NCBI GenBank assembly: GCA_045863235.1
Contig: BTUM01000004.1
Span: 96,001-160,000 of the forward strand
Direction: 5' to 3'
DNA: 64,000 nucleotides
Origin: Candidatus Xenobia bacterium
GTDB taxonomy: Bacteria > Vulcanimicrobiota > Xenobia > Xenobiales > QWHO01
Shown: positions 1 to 9,214 of the stretch, piece by piece
Layout of the letters: each line of letters starts with the position of its first letter
Position numbering within the stretch: the stretch's first letter is position 1
Program-made: the position numbers and the translations under genes
The notes under the pieces: model-generated
Database searches by the model: none
Seen by the model: the letters and a program-made list of their open reading frames with translations, nothing else
Told to the model about the DNA's origin: nothing

Positions 1-306
1 GCCACCGTGGGGGCAGCCGTCTTCGGAGCCGGCGGGACCGGAATGGGCTCCTTCCTCATCGCCAGCGGTCTGGCCGTGGGCGGCGGTGCCGGCGGCTACA
101 CCGCCTTCGACCGGCTGAGCGCCTTTGGCGGCAAGATCGGCCGGGGCCTGGACGAGGGCAACGACCTGCGCGGCGAGGCTCTGGGCCGGGTGGGCGTGAA
201 CATGGGCCTCAGTCTGCTCGCGGGCAACTGGCGAGCGGTGGCCCTGAACGCCGCCATCCCGCTCGTCGGTGGTGCCGTCAACTACGCCCTGGCTGGCGAT
301 CGATAA
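1..306 (+). CDS. 3' part of a Gly/Ala-rich membrane hypothetical protein (5' end probably outside the window)
   Basis: Frame open from the window edge to TAA at 304-306; hydrophobic, glycine-zipper-like segments. Confidence 0.6.
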   Translation, partial: ATVGAAVFGAGGTGMGSFLIASGLAVGGGAGGYTAFDRLSAFGGKIGRGLDEGNDLRGEALGRVGVNMGLSLLAGNWRAVALNAAIPLVGGAVNYALAGDR

Positions 307-342
307 GCTTTTTTTCAGTCCGGGGGGGCACACTCTGCGGGT

Positions 343-2745
343 ATGATTGTGTCTGCCCCCGGGCTGGCCTGGCTGCCGGTCGCCTCCGCACGCTCCAAGA
401 AGCGGGGGCCGGACCGATTCGCTCCGGCCGAAACCCGTCCCGCGCTGCCCACCAGGGCGAGCCTGCAGGCCGCCGTCGGCCCGGGCCGGCGGGCTGAACG
501 CGAGAGCTTCTTCGCCCTGGCCAACGATCTGTTCGCCCGCGAGGGATCGGTCCGAGAGCTCGAGCCCCGCTGGGCCAACCACCCTGACGGGGCGGTGGTG
601 ACCGCTTACCGGCAGGCTTCGCAAGAGCTGGGGCGCTCCAAGATGTCCGAGATGGAGCGCCAGGACCGGGTCAACGGCACCTACGAGGCGATCGATTTCC
701 TGCTCGCCCAGGCTCCCGAGGAAGTGGAGGATCACCGCGTCACCGAGCTGCTCGACCGACTCGAGCCCACCGACCTGTCCATTCGCTTCTGCCTGCACCT
801 TTTCCGCGACGTGCCTTGCAAGGCCGACCTGGCTGAGCAACGCCTCGTGCAATGGGGAGTTCGGGGAGAGGGGGATCTGGGCCAGGCCCGGGGGGTGCGC
901 GCCGGGGTGATCGACTTTACCCCCGACCGCCCCAACCCCGAGGTCTTGCAGTGGCTGGACCGGCTGAACGAGTTGGAGAGGCTGCCCCGGGAGCGACTGC
1001 AGGCGCTGGGAGGGGAACTGGTGGCGGAGCTGGCCCGCAAGCCCTACGGGCATTTGGAGAAGGCCCAGGAGCTGGTCGAGCGAGCGGGCTCGAAGCCGGC
1101 CCTGAAGGCCCTGTTCGAGCCCCACCGCGAGGCCTGGTTGGGCCTGGCCGAAAGCTGGGTGGAGCGGGGCATCGACGACCGTTTGCGCTACACAGGGGTC
1201 TACGGATTCGACCTCTACCAGAGCATGGCTCAGAGCTTCCCCGACTGGCCCGTGGTGGACCACCTGGGACCCATGCTCGCGCAGGACTTCCTCGACGACG
1301 GCCACGGGGCGAAGTGGCTGGCCCAGCTAAGCCAGGAACGACCCGAGCTGCTCAAGGTCATGAACGACCGGCCGCGAGCGCCCGGAGCCGAGCGTTGGAA
1401 GCTGCTCGAAGGGGCCATCCGTCGCGGTCACCAACTGGATGCCGATCAGAAAGACTTTATCCTGAGCTGGTTTTATCCGCTCCACCAGGGAATGATCCAC
1501 CTGCCCTGGGACTGGAACGGACAGCGCACCGAGTCCTTGAGCTGCCTGGCGGCCGCCTTGCCGCAACTGAAGGACTGCACTCTCCCCGACGGGTTCGGCG
1601 GCCATCTGCCGGTCAAGCTGGCTCTGCGCGAGCACTTCGTGAGCGGACCGGATGCCGACCTCACCCTGGCCTTCGGCCTGGGCAGCAAGCGCGATGATTG
1701 GATTGAGTCTCTGCAGCAACTGCTCGAGCACCCCGAGTTGGAGAAAGACCTGCTCTCGGAGTTGCCCGAGAAACTGACGAGCGACAAGTGGGAAGAGCTT
1801 CCCGTGCGCACTCGCAATGCGCTGAGCCTGCTCTCGCTGCGTCAAAGCCCGTCCATCGCCGAGCTGGTGGAGCCCTTGCTCGAGACTCACCAGGGTCAGC
1901 AGGACGTTTTCCTGAGCCCCTACCGGGCTCGCTCGGTGGCCCGCCGGCTGGCTTCGGGCACCGCCGAGGACCTGGCCGCAGTGGCCCGCATGGCAACCGA
2001 TCGGCGTTTTGAGCAGACCCTCGAGCCTCTGCGCGAGCACCTGGCGGCGATGTCACCGGCCGATCAGGATCGCCTGGCCGACCGTCTCAAGCTGACGCCC
2101 GGCTCACCCGAGCTTGCCCTGGCAGCTCTGCTGGCCGGCTCCAACCCTCGCCTGGCCGAGGGCGTGGAGCGGGTTCTGGTCGCCAACCGTCCGGATCAGC
2201 GCTTGCTCAGCTCGGAGCTGCGCTCCGTGATGACCGCGCGGCTGGCCCAGGGCGGTCCGGACGAGGCTCATCGGATGAAAGTGCTGCGCATGCTCTTGCC
2301 CTTCGATGAAGAGCTGCGAAGCTTCCCTGGCATGCAGCCAGGCGGCCCTCCAGCCAGCCTGACGGCCTGGCGGGACGGTCTGAGCGGCTGGGGGGGCGAG
2401 ATCTCCTCGCGCCTGAAGAATGCAGATTCTCGCCAGCTGGCCGACAGCCTGGAGTGCTTGCTGACCGAGAAGGATCCCGCTTTCGTGGGCCTGACCTTGC
2501 TCGACGCGGTGCAGGCCGCCTCGATTCTGCGCCACGACGGTGGCGACGGTGAGCGATTCCACGAGCTGGCACAGGCATTCCAAAAACACCGCCAGTCTGG
2601 AAGCACAGTGGAGCAGGCGCTGGCTCTGGTGGCTCCGCCCCCGAGCCTGCCGGCCTCGCCTGGAGTGGCCGAGCGGGAAGACAGCGTGGTGGTGGGCGGC
2701 ACCCAGATCAAGCGCCGCGAGCGCGGCCAGGAAGGCCCTTCCTGA
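343..2745 (+). CDS. Large alpha-helical hypothetical protein (800 aa) with C-terminal VVVGGTQIKRR motif
   Basis: Long ORF with host-like codon bias; Leu/Ala/Glu-rich; no recognisable catalytic motif; start uncertain. Confidence 0.8.
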   Translation: MIVSAPGLAWLPVASARSKKRGPDRFAPAETRPALPTRASLQAAVGPGRRAERESFFALANDLFAREGSVRELEPRWANHPDGAVVTAYRQASQELGRSKMSEMERQDRVNGTYEAIDFLLAQAPEEVEDHRVTELLDRLEPTDLSIRFCLHLFRDVPCKADLAEQRLVQWGVRGEGDLGQARGVRAGVIDFTPDRPNPEVLQWLDRLNELERLPRERLQALGGELVAELARKPYGHLEKAQELVERAGSKPALKALFEPHREAWLGLAESWVERGIDDRLRYTGVYGFDLYQSMAQSFPDWPVVDHLGPMLAQDFLDDGHGAKWLAQLSQERPELLKVMNDRPRAPGAERWKLLEGAIRRGHQLDADQKDFILSWFYPLHQGMIHLPWDWNGQRTESLSCLAAALPQLKDCTLPDGFGGHLPVKLALREHFVSGPDADLTLAFGLGSKRDDWIESLQQLLEHPELEKDLLSELPEKLTSDKWEELPVRTRNALSLLSLRQSPSIAELVEPLLETHQGQQDVFLSPYRARSVARRLASGTAEDLAAVARMATDRRFEQTLEPLREHLAAMSPADQDRLADRLKLTPGSPELALAALLAGSNPRLAEGVERVLVANRPDQRLLSSELRSVMTARLAQGGPDEAHRMKVLRMLLPFDEELRSFPGMQPGGPPASLTAWRDGLSGWGGEISSRLKNADSRQLADSLECLLTEKDPAFVGLTLLDAVQAASILRHDGGDGERFHELAQAFQKHRQSGSTVEQALALVAPPPSLPASPGVAEREDSVVVGGTQIKRRERGQEGPS

Positions 2746-2769
2746 TCGGGCCCGGAAGTTCCAGGTGGG

Positions 2770-4626
2770 GTGCGGAGAAAACTACGCTTCGAGGATGAGC
2801 AGCTTCCCGACCGCTTCGAGGTGATCGAGCTGTTGGGCCGCGGCGCTATGGGCGAGGTCTACCGGGCCCACGACCGGGATCTCGGGCGCGAAGTGGCGGT
2901 GAAAGTGCTGCTTGAGTCGGCCTGGACCCCCGAGCTGAGCGAGCGCTACCAGCGCGAGGCCCGCGAGCTCGAGCGGGTACGCCATCCCAACGTGGTGGGC
3001 TTCTACGGCCAGGGAACTCACGAAGGGCGTGCCTTCCTGGTCCTCGAGTACGTCTCGGGCGGCGACCTGCGAGCCTACCTCCGCCAGCCCCGCGAGCGAA
3101 ACGAGTTACTCCTGCTCTTCGTGGGCCTGTGCCGGGGCCTGGCCGAGCTGCACGCTCGGGGGCTGATCCACCGTGACCTCAAGCCCGAGAACGTGCTGAT
3201 CGGAGCCGACGGTCAGGCCCGGTTGACTGACCTGGGCCTGGTGCGGGCCACCGACTCGAGCTCTCGCCTCACCTCCGAGGGGGCTCTGGTGGGCACTTTC
3301 TCTTACCTTGCTCCCGAGCAGATCACCGCTGGCGAAGCCTCGCCCGCTTCCGATCTTTATGCGCTGGGGGCCTGTCTGTATGAAGCTTTCGCCGGCCGAC
3401 CGGTCTTCCAGGGGCGCACCGAGTTCGAGCTACTCGAACGCCACGTACGGGCCGAGCCGGACTCTCCCGGGGTAACGCCCGAGTTGGACAGTCTGATCGT
3501 GCGGCTGCTGGCCAAGAAGCCGGAGGACCGGCCCAGTCTGGAGGAAGTCTCGCGCGGGTTGCTGGCCAGCCTGAGTCTGGGCGCCACCTCAGCCGTCCAG
3601 ACGGCACGGACCGGCCTGGTTTTGTCCGCGGTTGAGCCAGACCTGGCGCAGCCAGCCCAGAGCAGTGACTCGACCGCGGCAAGCACGGGCCTGGCGCGGC
3701 CCGTCCGGGGTGGCTCGTCGTCCGTGGTCGGGCCTGACACCAGCGCTTCGTCCGCGACAGGGACCGGCCCGCCCCCCCCTGACAATGACTCCAACACGGC
3801 CCGGTTCCAGATGATGCTGGCCTCCAAGCTGGAGCTGGAAGGCCGGCGCAAGGAAGCCCTCAACGCCTACCGCAGGGCCTACCGCCTGGCCGAGGAGGGC
3901 TCCGCCCAGCAGCGCGAGCTGGCCATCATCCTCGAGGAGTTGCAGCCTCGCAAGCGCTCACTGGCGTTGCCGCTGCTGATTCTGCTGCTGGCCTGCCTGG
4001 CTGGTGCCTCCTTCTGGTGGCTCCAGCGCCAGACCCCGGTGCAGCTGGCCGCTTTGCCTCCCATCGAGCTGCAGGGACCACCCACCACCCGGGTGCCGGT
4101 CAAGCTCTCGGTGCTGCCCGCCGGGGCCAGGGTCGAAGTGGACGGCCAGCCGGTCGAGGGCCCGCTCGAGCTCTGGCCGGGAACGCACCGCCTGAAGGTC
4201 TCCCACCCTCACCATCAGGCCGAAGAGCGCACCCTCACGGTGGAGGAGGGCAAGCCCTTGGAGCTGAGCGTGAAGCTTGCGCCCGCCCCGGTGGCCTTCC
4301 GGGTGCTGGTCACTCCCCCGCCGGCGCGGGTGGCCCTGCTCGACGGGCAGGGTAAGAAGCTCTCCGAGCAGGTGGTGCCCAAAGCGGGTACGGAGCTGAG
4401 GGCCCTGCCCGGGGAGTACACCCTGCGAGCCAGCCGACAGGGCCACCGGTCGCTCAGCCGCAAGCTCTCGGTGAAGCCAGGCCTGGAGCCGGTCAAGCTG
4501 GCGCTCGAGGAGCTGCCTCCTCCCCCCCCGCCGCCGCCGGTCTATCGCGAGCCGCTCTACGTGCCGCCCCCGCCGGTCTACTACCCCCCGGCCGGGGGAG
4601 GCGGACGCAGCTGGAATACGAAGTAG
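2770..4626 (+). CDS. Hanks-type Ser/Thr protein kinase with TM helix and extracellular PEGA-like repeats
   Basis: GRGAMGEV, VAVK, HRDLKPEN, DLG, YLAPEQ, SDLYALG; TM LALPLLILLLACLAGASFWW; PAGARVEVDG PEGA-like segment; Pro-rich tail. Confidence 0.95.
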   Translation: MRRKLRFEDEQLPDRFEVIELLGRGAMGEVYRAHDRDLGREVAVKVLLESAWTPELSERYQREARELERVRHPNVVGFYGQGTHEGRAFLVLEYVSGGDLRAYLRQPRERNELLLLFVGLCRGLAELHARGLIHRDLKPENVLIGADGQARLTDLGLVRATDSSSRLTSEGALVGTFSYLAPEQITAGEASPASDLYALGACLYEAFAGRPVFQGRTEFELLERHVRAEPDSPGVTPELDSLIVRLLAKKPEDRPSLEEVSRGLLASLSLGATSAVQTARTGLVLSAVEPDLAQPAQSSDSTAASTGLARPVRGGSSSVVGPDTSASSATGTGPPPPDNDSNTARFQMMLASKLELEGRRKEALNAYRRAYRLAEEGSAQQRELAIILEELQPRKRSLALPLLILLLACLAGASFWWLQRQTPVQLAALPPIELQGPPTTRVPVKLSVLPAGARVEVDGQPVEGPLELWPGTHRLKVSHPHHQAEERTLTVEEGKPLELSVKLAPAPVAFRVLVTPPPARVALLDGQGKKLSEQVVPKAGTELRALPGEYTLRASRQGHRSLSRKLSVKPGLEPVKLALEELPPPPPPPPVYREPLYVPPPPVYYPPAGGGGRSWNTK

Positions 4627-4633
4627 CCCGCCG

Positions 4634-5749
4634 ATGCGCGTTGTCTTCCTCTGGCTGCTCCTGCTGCTCCCGGCGCTGGCCGCGCCTCTCAGCGATCGCA
4701 CCGTCATCATGGTGGTGATGAGCGACGCCACCCGGCTCGACGAGGTGTCCGACCTGGTCAAGCAGGTGCGCGACTCGAACGGGTTCAGCGAGAGCCAGGT
4801 GCCCATCGTCTTCGCCCGGGGCGATCAGCTCACCAAACGGGACTATTCGATTCTGGGCTTCTCGCCCTACTCGCTGCCGGTGATCGCCCTGGTCAAGATG
4901 TCCTCTTTCGGCAATCCCGAGAAGGTGGTGGGTGAGCCTCCCATCATCATGCGAGAGGTGCATCGCTACGATCTGGCCGCCCAGGTCATCGTGGCGCGCT
5001 GGGCCCAGTGGCGCGGGCTGGCCGTCCCCGAGAACCTGGCCGGAGCGCTGGCCCTGGGCTCTCCCGAGCAGGTCTACGCCCTGGTGGTGGACGATGACGC
5101 GAGCCGCCGTGCTTCGGGCGTGAGCCAGGTGGAGCGGCTGCGAGCCCAGCACGGGCTGACTTTCGCCGATCTCCCGGCCATCGGCGTCACCTCCGACTTT
5201 CTGACCGAGCAAGAGTACGCCCGCCTGGGCTTCTCAGCCGAGGCCCTGCCGGCGTTCCTGGTGGTGCAGAACTCTCCGGCGGGCAACCCATCGGTGGTGG
5301 TCGGCCGCTCGCTGGTGCGCAACTGCGCCGACCCGATGTTCGGGGCCGCCAGCCTGTTTCGCAGCTTCAGCGCCGCGCGCGGACTGCCGGTAGCCGCCAA
5401 CCTGCCGGCCACCAGCTTCTCCGAGGGCAGCGCTTTGCTGATCACCTGCCGCCCCGTCGGCCCCGGCGAAGTGGAGGTGGAGTACAGCTACTCGGTGCAG
5501 GGCGCCTTCCCCCACACCACCGGCTACTGGATTCAAGAGCAGCGCTCGGTGCGCGACCCGCGAGGCGACAACGTCGCCCCCGCCCTGGCCAGCTTCGATG
5601 TGCGCCAGCCCCTGGGCAGCGAACTGGCGGTGGCGCGCACGCTCACGATGCCCACCACGGTGCCGGGAACTTATCGCCTGCGCCTCTTCGTCACCGACAA
5701 GCGCAGCGGCACCAGCCTTACTTTGGAGAGTCCTTTCGAGGTTCCCTAG
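4634..5749 (+). CDS. Secreted hypothetical protein with two internal ~130-aa repeats and a C-terminal beta-rich domain
   Basis: Signal peptide MRVVFLWLLLLLPALA; duplicated LTxxxYxxLGFS...LP...GNPxxVVG; starts 7 nt after the kinase stop. Confidence 0.85.
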   Translation: MRVVFLWLLLLLPALAAPLSDRTVIMVVMSDATRLDEVSDLVKQVRDSNGFSESQVPIVFARGDQLTKRDYSILGFSPYSLPVIALVKMSSFGNPEKVVGEPPIIMREVHRYDLAAQVIVARWAQWRGLAVPENLAGALALGSPEQVYALVVDDDASRRASGVSQVERLRAQHGLTFADLPAIGVTSDFLTEQEYARLGFSAEALPAFLVVQNSPAGNPSVVVGRSLVRNCADPMFGAASLFRSFSAARGLPVAANLPATSFSEGSALLITCRPVGPGEVEVEYSYSVQGAFPHTTGYWIQEQRSVRDPRGDNVAPALASFDVRQPLGSELAVARTLTMPTTVPGTYRLRLFVTDKRSGTSLTLESPFEVP

Positions 5750-7676
5750 CGTCGGGCTGAAGCCAGCTGACGGCCACCTGCACGCGTCCCAGAGCCCGCT
5801 CGGCGGTGGTGTTGCCGTTCACCGGAGTGCGCTCGAGCCGCCCGCCGTACCCGCTCAGGAAGTCGAGGTTGGTCTGGATGCCCCGGGCGGCCTGATACTC
5901 GCGACTCTTGATCTGCTCGGTGCGGCGCTCGGCGGCGTCCACCAGGCTGTCGGGGTCGGCCAGGCTGCTCCAAAGCTCGCGCAGCTCCGGGCGAGCGAGC
6001 TCCCCGGCGGCAGTCTGGCGAGCGTTTCTGGCCTCCAACCTCAGCGAGGCTGACTCCTGGCGGAGGCGGGCCCCGCGCGATTCGGCCTTGGACTCGTCGC
6101 TCAACTGGTCGTAATCGGCGTCGGCCTTCTGGCTGAGCTTGAGCAGGCGCTCGAGCTCGAGCTCGAGCTTGCGGGCGGTCTCCTGGTCGCTGATGAGCGA
6201 GTTGCGAGCGTGGTAGTTCAGGTTGTCCAGTCGCTCGATCTCCTCGAGTTGACCCAGGAAGTCGTTGTTGGCCAGGCGGTCGCGCTCAGCCTCCAGCTCG
6301 AACAGGCTGGAGCGAACCTGGGCCATCCGCTGGCGGACCTGGCCAAGCTCCTTCTGGCAACTTGCGATCTGACCCAGAGTGAGGCGCATCTGCACCTCCA
6401 GGCCCTGGGCCCGGTCATTGCGACTGATGCTCTGGTGACGCTCGCCTGTCTCGATCTGATCGGCTTCCTGCTCGAGCTCGACGGCCCCGGCCTCGGCCTG
6501 CTCGGCGTGCAGCTCGCAGCGGCCCGCCTGCTCGTAGGACTCGGCCGCCCGAGCCTCCTGCTGACCGGCCACCTGAACGTCCTGGGTGGCTCCGTTCTCG
6601 GCCGCCTCGACCACCTCGCTGGCCTGCACCACGGCGTCCGACTCGGCCACCTGGGCGATCTCCGGGCCCTGACCGTTGGAGCCGGTGGGGGCCCCCTCGC
6701 CGGGACGCCCGTTGGCCACCGAGCGCAGGCCGGCAGCGAGCATGCCCAGAAAGCGCCGCAGGCCGATCCCCTTCACCTTCTCGTCCTCGTCCGCCCCCAC
6801 GTCCACGATCACGAAGGCCACCTGGGCCTGACCGGTGTCCCGTCCGTTGGAGACCACCTCACCGGTGTAGTCCACCGGCATACCGTGGTCATCCTGAATC
6901 AGCGAGCCATCGGGAGTGCGCATGACCAGCGCGGCGTGAGTAGAGGTGCTCACGATGGCCAGTCCGTTGCCGTCCAGGGTGTTCCTGTCGACGGCCCGGG
7001 CCTGCACTCCGAAGTAGCCGGCCACCTCGTCCGGCCAGCGATTGCCGTTGAGGAATTTGAGCGCCTCCTCATAGCTGACGCCCTTCTCCTGAGCATAACG
7101 CTGGGCGGCGGCGGCCATCAGAGTGATGGCCTGCTCGACGGCGCGCGGATCGTCGCCCCCGATCCGGGAGGCCTGGCGAGCCTGCTCGAGCTGCTCGGGG
7201 GAGAGCTTCGCCTCGTAACCGTCGCGCATCTTGACCTGCACCGAACCGTCCTCGGCCTTGCGGACCTCAGCGGCCTTGCGCCCCCAGTTGTGCTGCATGG
7301 CTTTGATGACGCTGATGGCTCCGCAGTTCCCGGCGCTGCCTTGCTCGACATTGTCGAGCTGCTCGGCGGGAGTCTCGGGCACCGCGTCGACCCCCCACCC
7401 CAGCATTCCGGTCAGCTTGCCCGCCCCGCGGAGCAGTGGGCCCACCACCCCCGAGGCGGCTCCGGTGAGGGAAGCGACCAGCCCCTTTCCCTCGCACTTG
7501 AGGCTCTGGATCAGCTCGGCGTCGTCTCGCCAGCATGTGGCCAGCTGCCGATTCAGGGCCTTGAGACGGGGATTGGCGAGAGCCGGTTGCTCGAGCTCGC
7601 GAGTCGCCGAGGAGAGGGCAGGCTTGCTGGCGTTGATGGTGGCCACGGAGGCGCTGGTGACGGCGGTGGTCTGCAC
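5718..7676 (-). CDS. Hypothetical protein with putative papain-fold Cys protease domain and C-terminal coiled coil
   Basis: EQGSAGNCGAISVIKA (Q-x5-C), THAALV, DDHG; long Glu/Gln/Arg/Leu heptad region; GGGGAG upstream of GTG. Confidence 0.75.
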   Translation of the reverse strand: MQTTAVTSASVATINASKPALSSATRELEQPALANPRLKALNRQLATCWRDDAELIQSLKCEGKGLVASLTGAASGVVGPLLRGAGKLTGMLGWGVDAVPETPAEQLDNVEQGSAGNCGAISVIKAMQHNWGRKAAEVRKAEDGSVQVKMRDGYEAKLSPEQLEQARQASRIGGDDPRAVEQAITLMAAAAQRYAQEKGVSYEEALKFLNGNRWPDEVAGYFGVQARAVDRNTLDGNGLAIVSTSTHAALVMRTPDGSLIQDDHGMPVDYTGEVVSNGRDTGQAQVAFVIVDVGADEDEKVKGIGLRRFLGMLAAGLRSVANGRPGEGAPTGSNGQGPEIAQVAESDAVVQASEVVEAAENGATQDVQVAGQQEARAAESYEQAGRCELHAEQAEAGAVELEQEADQIETGERHQSISRNDRAQGLEVQMRLTLGQIASCQKELGQVRQRMAQVRSSLFELEAERDRLANNDFLGQLEEIERLDNLNYHARNSLISDQETARKLELELERLLKLSQKADADYDQLSDESKAESRGARLRQESASLRLEARNARQTAAGELARPELRELWSSLADPDSLVDAAERRTEQIKSREYQAARGIQTNLDFLSGYGGRLERTPVNGNTTAERALGRVQVAVSWLQPDAREPRKDSPK

Positions 7677-7706
7677 GGCTGCTTCTCCCCTCTGGTTCCT
7701 GCCCTC

Positions 7707-7750
7707 AGGATAGCAGCCCGTTTTTGCCGAATCGTGTAAAAATTGTTACA
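7707..7750 (-). promoter_or_regulatory. CRP/FNR-family-like palindrome TGTAA-N6-TTACA (7735-7750) upstream of extended -10 TGcTATCCT
   Basis: Inverted repeat read directly; 22 nt from the -10 hexamer, close to class II activator geometry. Confidence 0.5.
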
Positions 7751-7824
7751 GTTTTGTTTCGCGCACCCGGACGATTGTTTCCAAAGCGCCAAGAGGCGGA
7801 TCCTTTATGCACACCAAGCGCTGT

Positions 7825-8337
7825 CTATTTTAAGACTGCAGCGTGACGGCGGGCCTGCTCGATGTAGTGCAACGATCCGTAGCGGAACCGCTCCCGTTCC
7901 TCGGAACTCAACTCGCGGGCTTTGCGGGCGGGTACACCCATGTAGACGAAGCCGCTCTCCAGGCGAGCTCTCTCGGGAACCAGCGCCCCGGCGGCCACCA
8001 CGACCTGGCTCTCGATGTGAGCGCCATTCAACACTTTGGCCCCGATCCCGATGAGCACGTCGTCTTCCAGGGTACAGCCGTGCAGCATGGCCTGGTGGCC
8101 GATGGTGCAGCGCTCCCCGATGCGCAGGGGCAGCCCGTCGTCGGTGTGGACCACAGCCCCATCCTGCAAATTCGAGCCCGCTCCGATGGAGATCCAATCG
8201 TTGTCTCCGCGCACGACCGAGCCATACCAGAACGAGCAGCCGGCGGCTGCCCGCACCCTTCCAATCAGGTAGGCGCCGGGGGCCACGAAGACATCCTCGG
8301 CGAGCTCAGGGGTGATACCGTCGATGGGAATCAGCAT
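7825..8337 (-). CDS. Gamma-class carbonic anhydrase family protein (YrdA/PaaY-like hexapeptide repeat)
   Basis: FVAPGAYLIG, VVRGD, IGAGSNLQDGAVVH, IGHQAMLHGC, GVPARK; ATG at 8337. Confidence 0.93.
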   Translation of the reverse strand: MLIPIDGITPELAEDVFVAPGAYLIGRVRAAAGCSFWYGSVVRGDNDWISIGAGSNLQDGAVVHTDDGLPLRIGERCTIGHQAMLHGCTLEDDVLIGIGAKVLNGAHIESQVVVAAGALVPERARLESGFVYMGVPARKARELSSEERERFRYGSLHYIEQARRHAAVLK

Positions 8338-8395
8338 GGCCGAAAGTTTGTAGCCAGAAGGCAGGTTCCTCCCCTCGGAGCGAGAACGGGGGCCC

Positions 8396-9214
8396 ATGCG
8401 CGCGAAAACCTTATCGATCCTCAGTTTGCTTTTGTTCACCGGGCTGCTGGTCGGCTGCTCGGGCTCCAGCGGCTCGGGCCAGACCGAAACCTTCACTTTG
8501 CGAGACAAGAAGGTCAGCTTCAAGGCTCCACCTGCGAGCTGGAAACGCTCCGAGCACAAGACCGAACCCAGCCAGGACGCCACCTTTGACAAGCCCCAGC
8601 TGCTGGCGGTGGAGTTCACTCCTCCCTCGGGCGGCCACCTGACGGTGACCAACCTGGGCGTCAGCGACCTGGTGCGCAAGGGCAAGGAACTTCGCTCGAT
8701 CGCCGAGGTCCTGGGCCAGAACCCTAAAGCCCCGGACGCCATGAATCGCATTGTGACCGAGCTCGACGAGTCGGGTCTGGCGGGCTTGATCGAGTACTAC
8801 GACGAGGAGTCCAAGGCGGTCAAGAGTCTGGAGAATCCGCTCCACGACCAGCTCGACCAGGCCGCGCGCGCGCTCAAGGCCGGGAAGACACAGGATGCCA
8901 TCAGCTTCTTGAACAAGGCCGCCGAGCTGTGCGAGGAGGGCTCGAAGAAGACCGAGGTGGATCTGATCGAGACGGGCCGCGTGTTCTGGGCCATCAAGAA
9001 GCGCGACGGCAAGATCACCGCTCAGGAAGAGATCAAGGTGGACGGCCAGCGGGCCGCCTGGATCGCCTTCACGGTGGGCGACGAGCGGGGTCTCAGCGTG
9101 CTCTTCATGAAAGACAAGAACCTGTTCTCCGTGTCATTGAATACGCCCAGCGCCGGCTATGCCGAGGGAGAAGCGGCCGTGAAGACCTTGGTGGACAGCC
9201 TCAAGGTCGAGTAG
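8396..9214 (+). CDS. Lipoprotein, hypothetical
   Basis: Lipobox LVGC after hydrophobic signal. Confidence 0.8.
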   Translation: MRAKTLSILSLLLFTGLLVGCSGSSGSGQTETFTLRDKKVSFKAPPASWKRSEHKTEPSQDATFDKPQLLAVEFTPPSGGHLTVTNLGVSDLVRKGKELRSIAEVLGQNPKAPDAMNRIVTELDESGLAGLIEYYDEESKAVKSLENPLHDQLDQAARALKAGKTQDAISFLNKAAELCEEGSKKTEVDLIETGRVFWAIKKRDGKITAQEEIKVDGQRAAWIAFTVGDERGLSVLFMKDKNLFSVSLNTPSAGYAEGEAAVKTLVDSLKVE

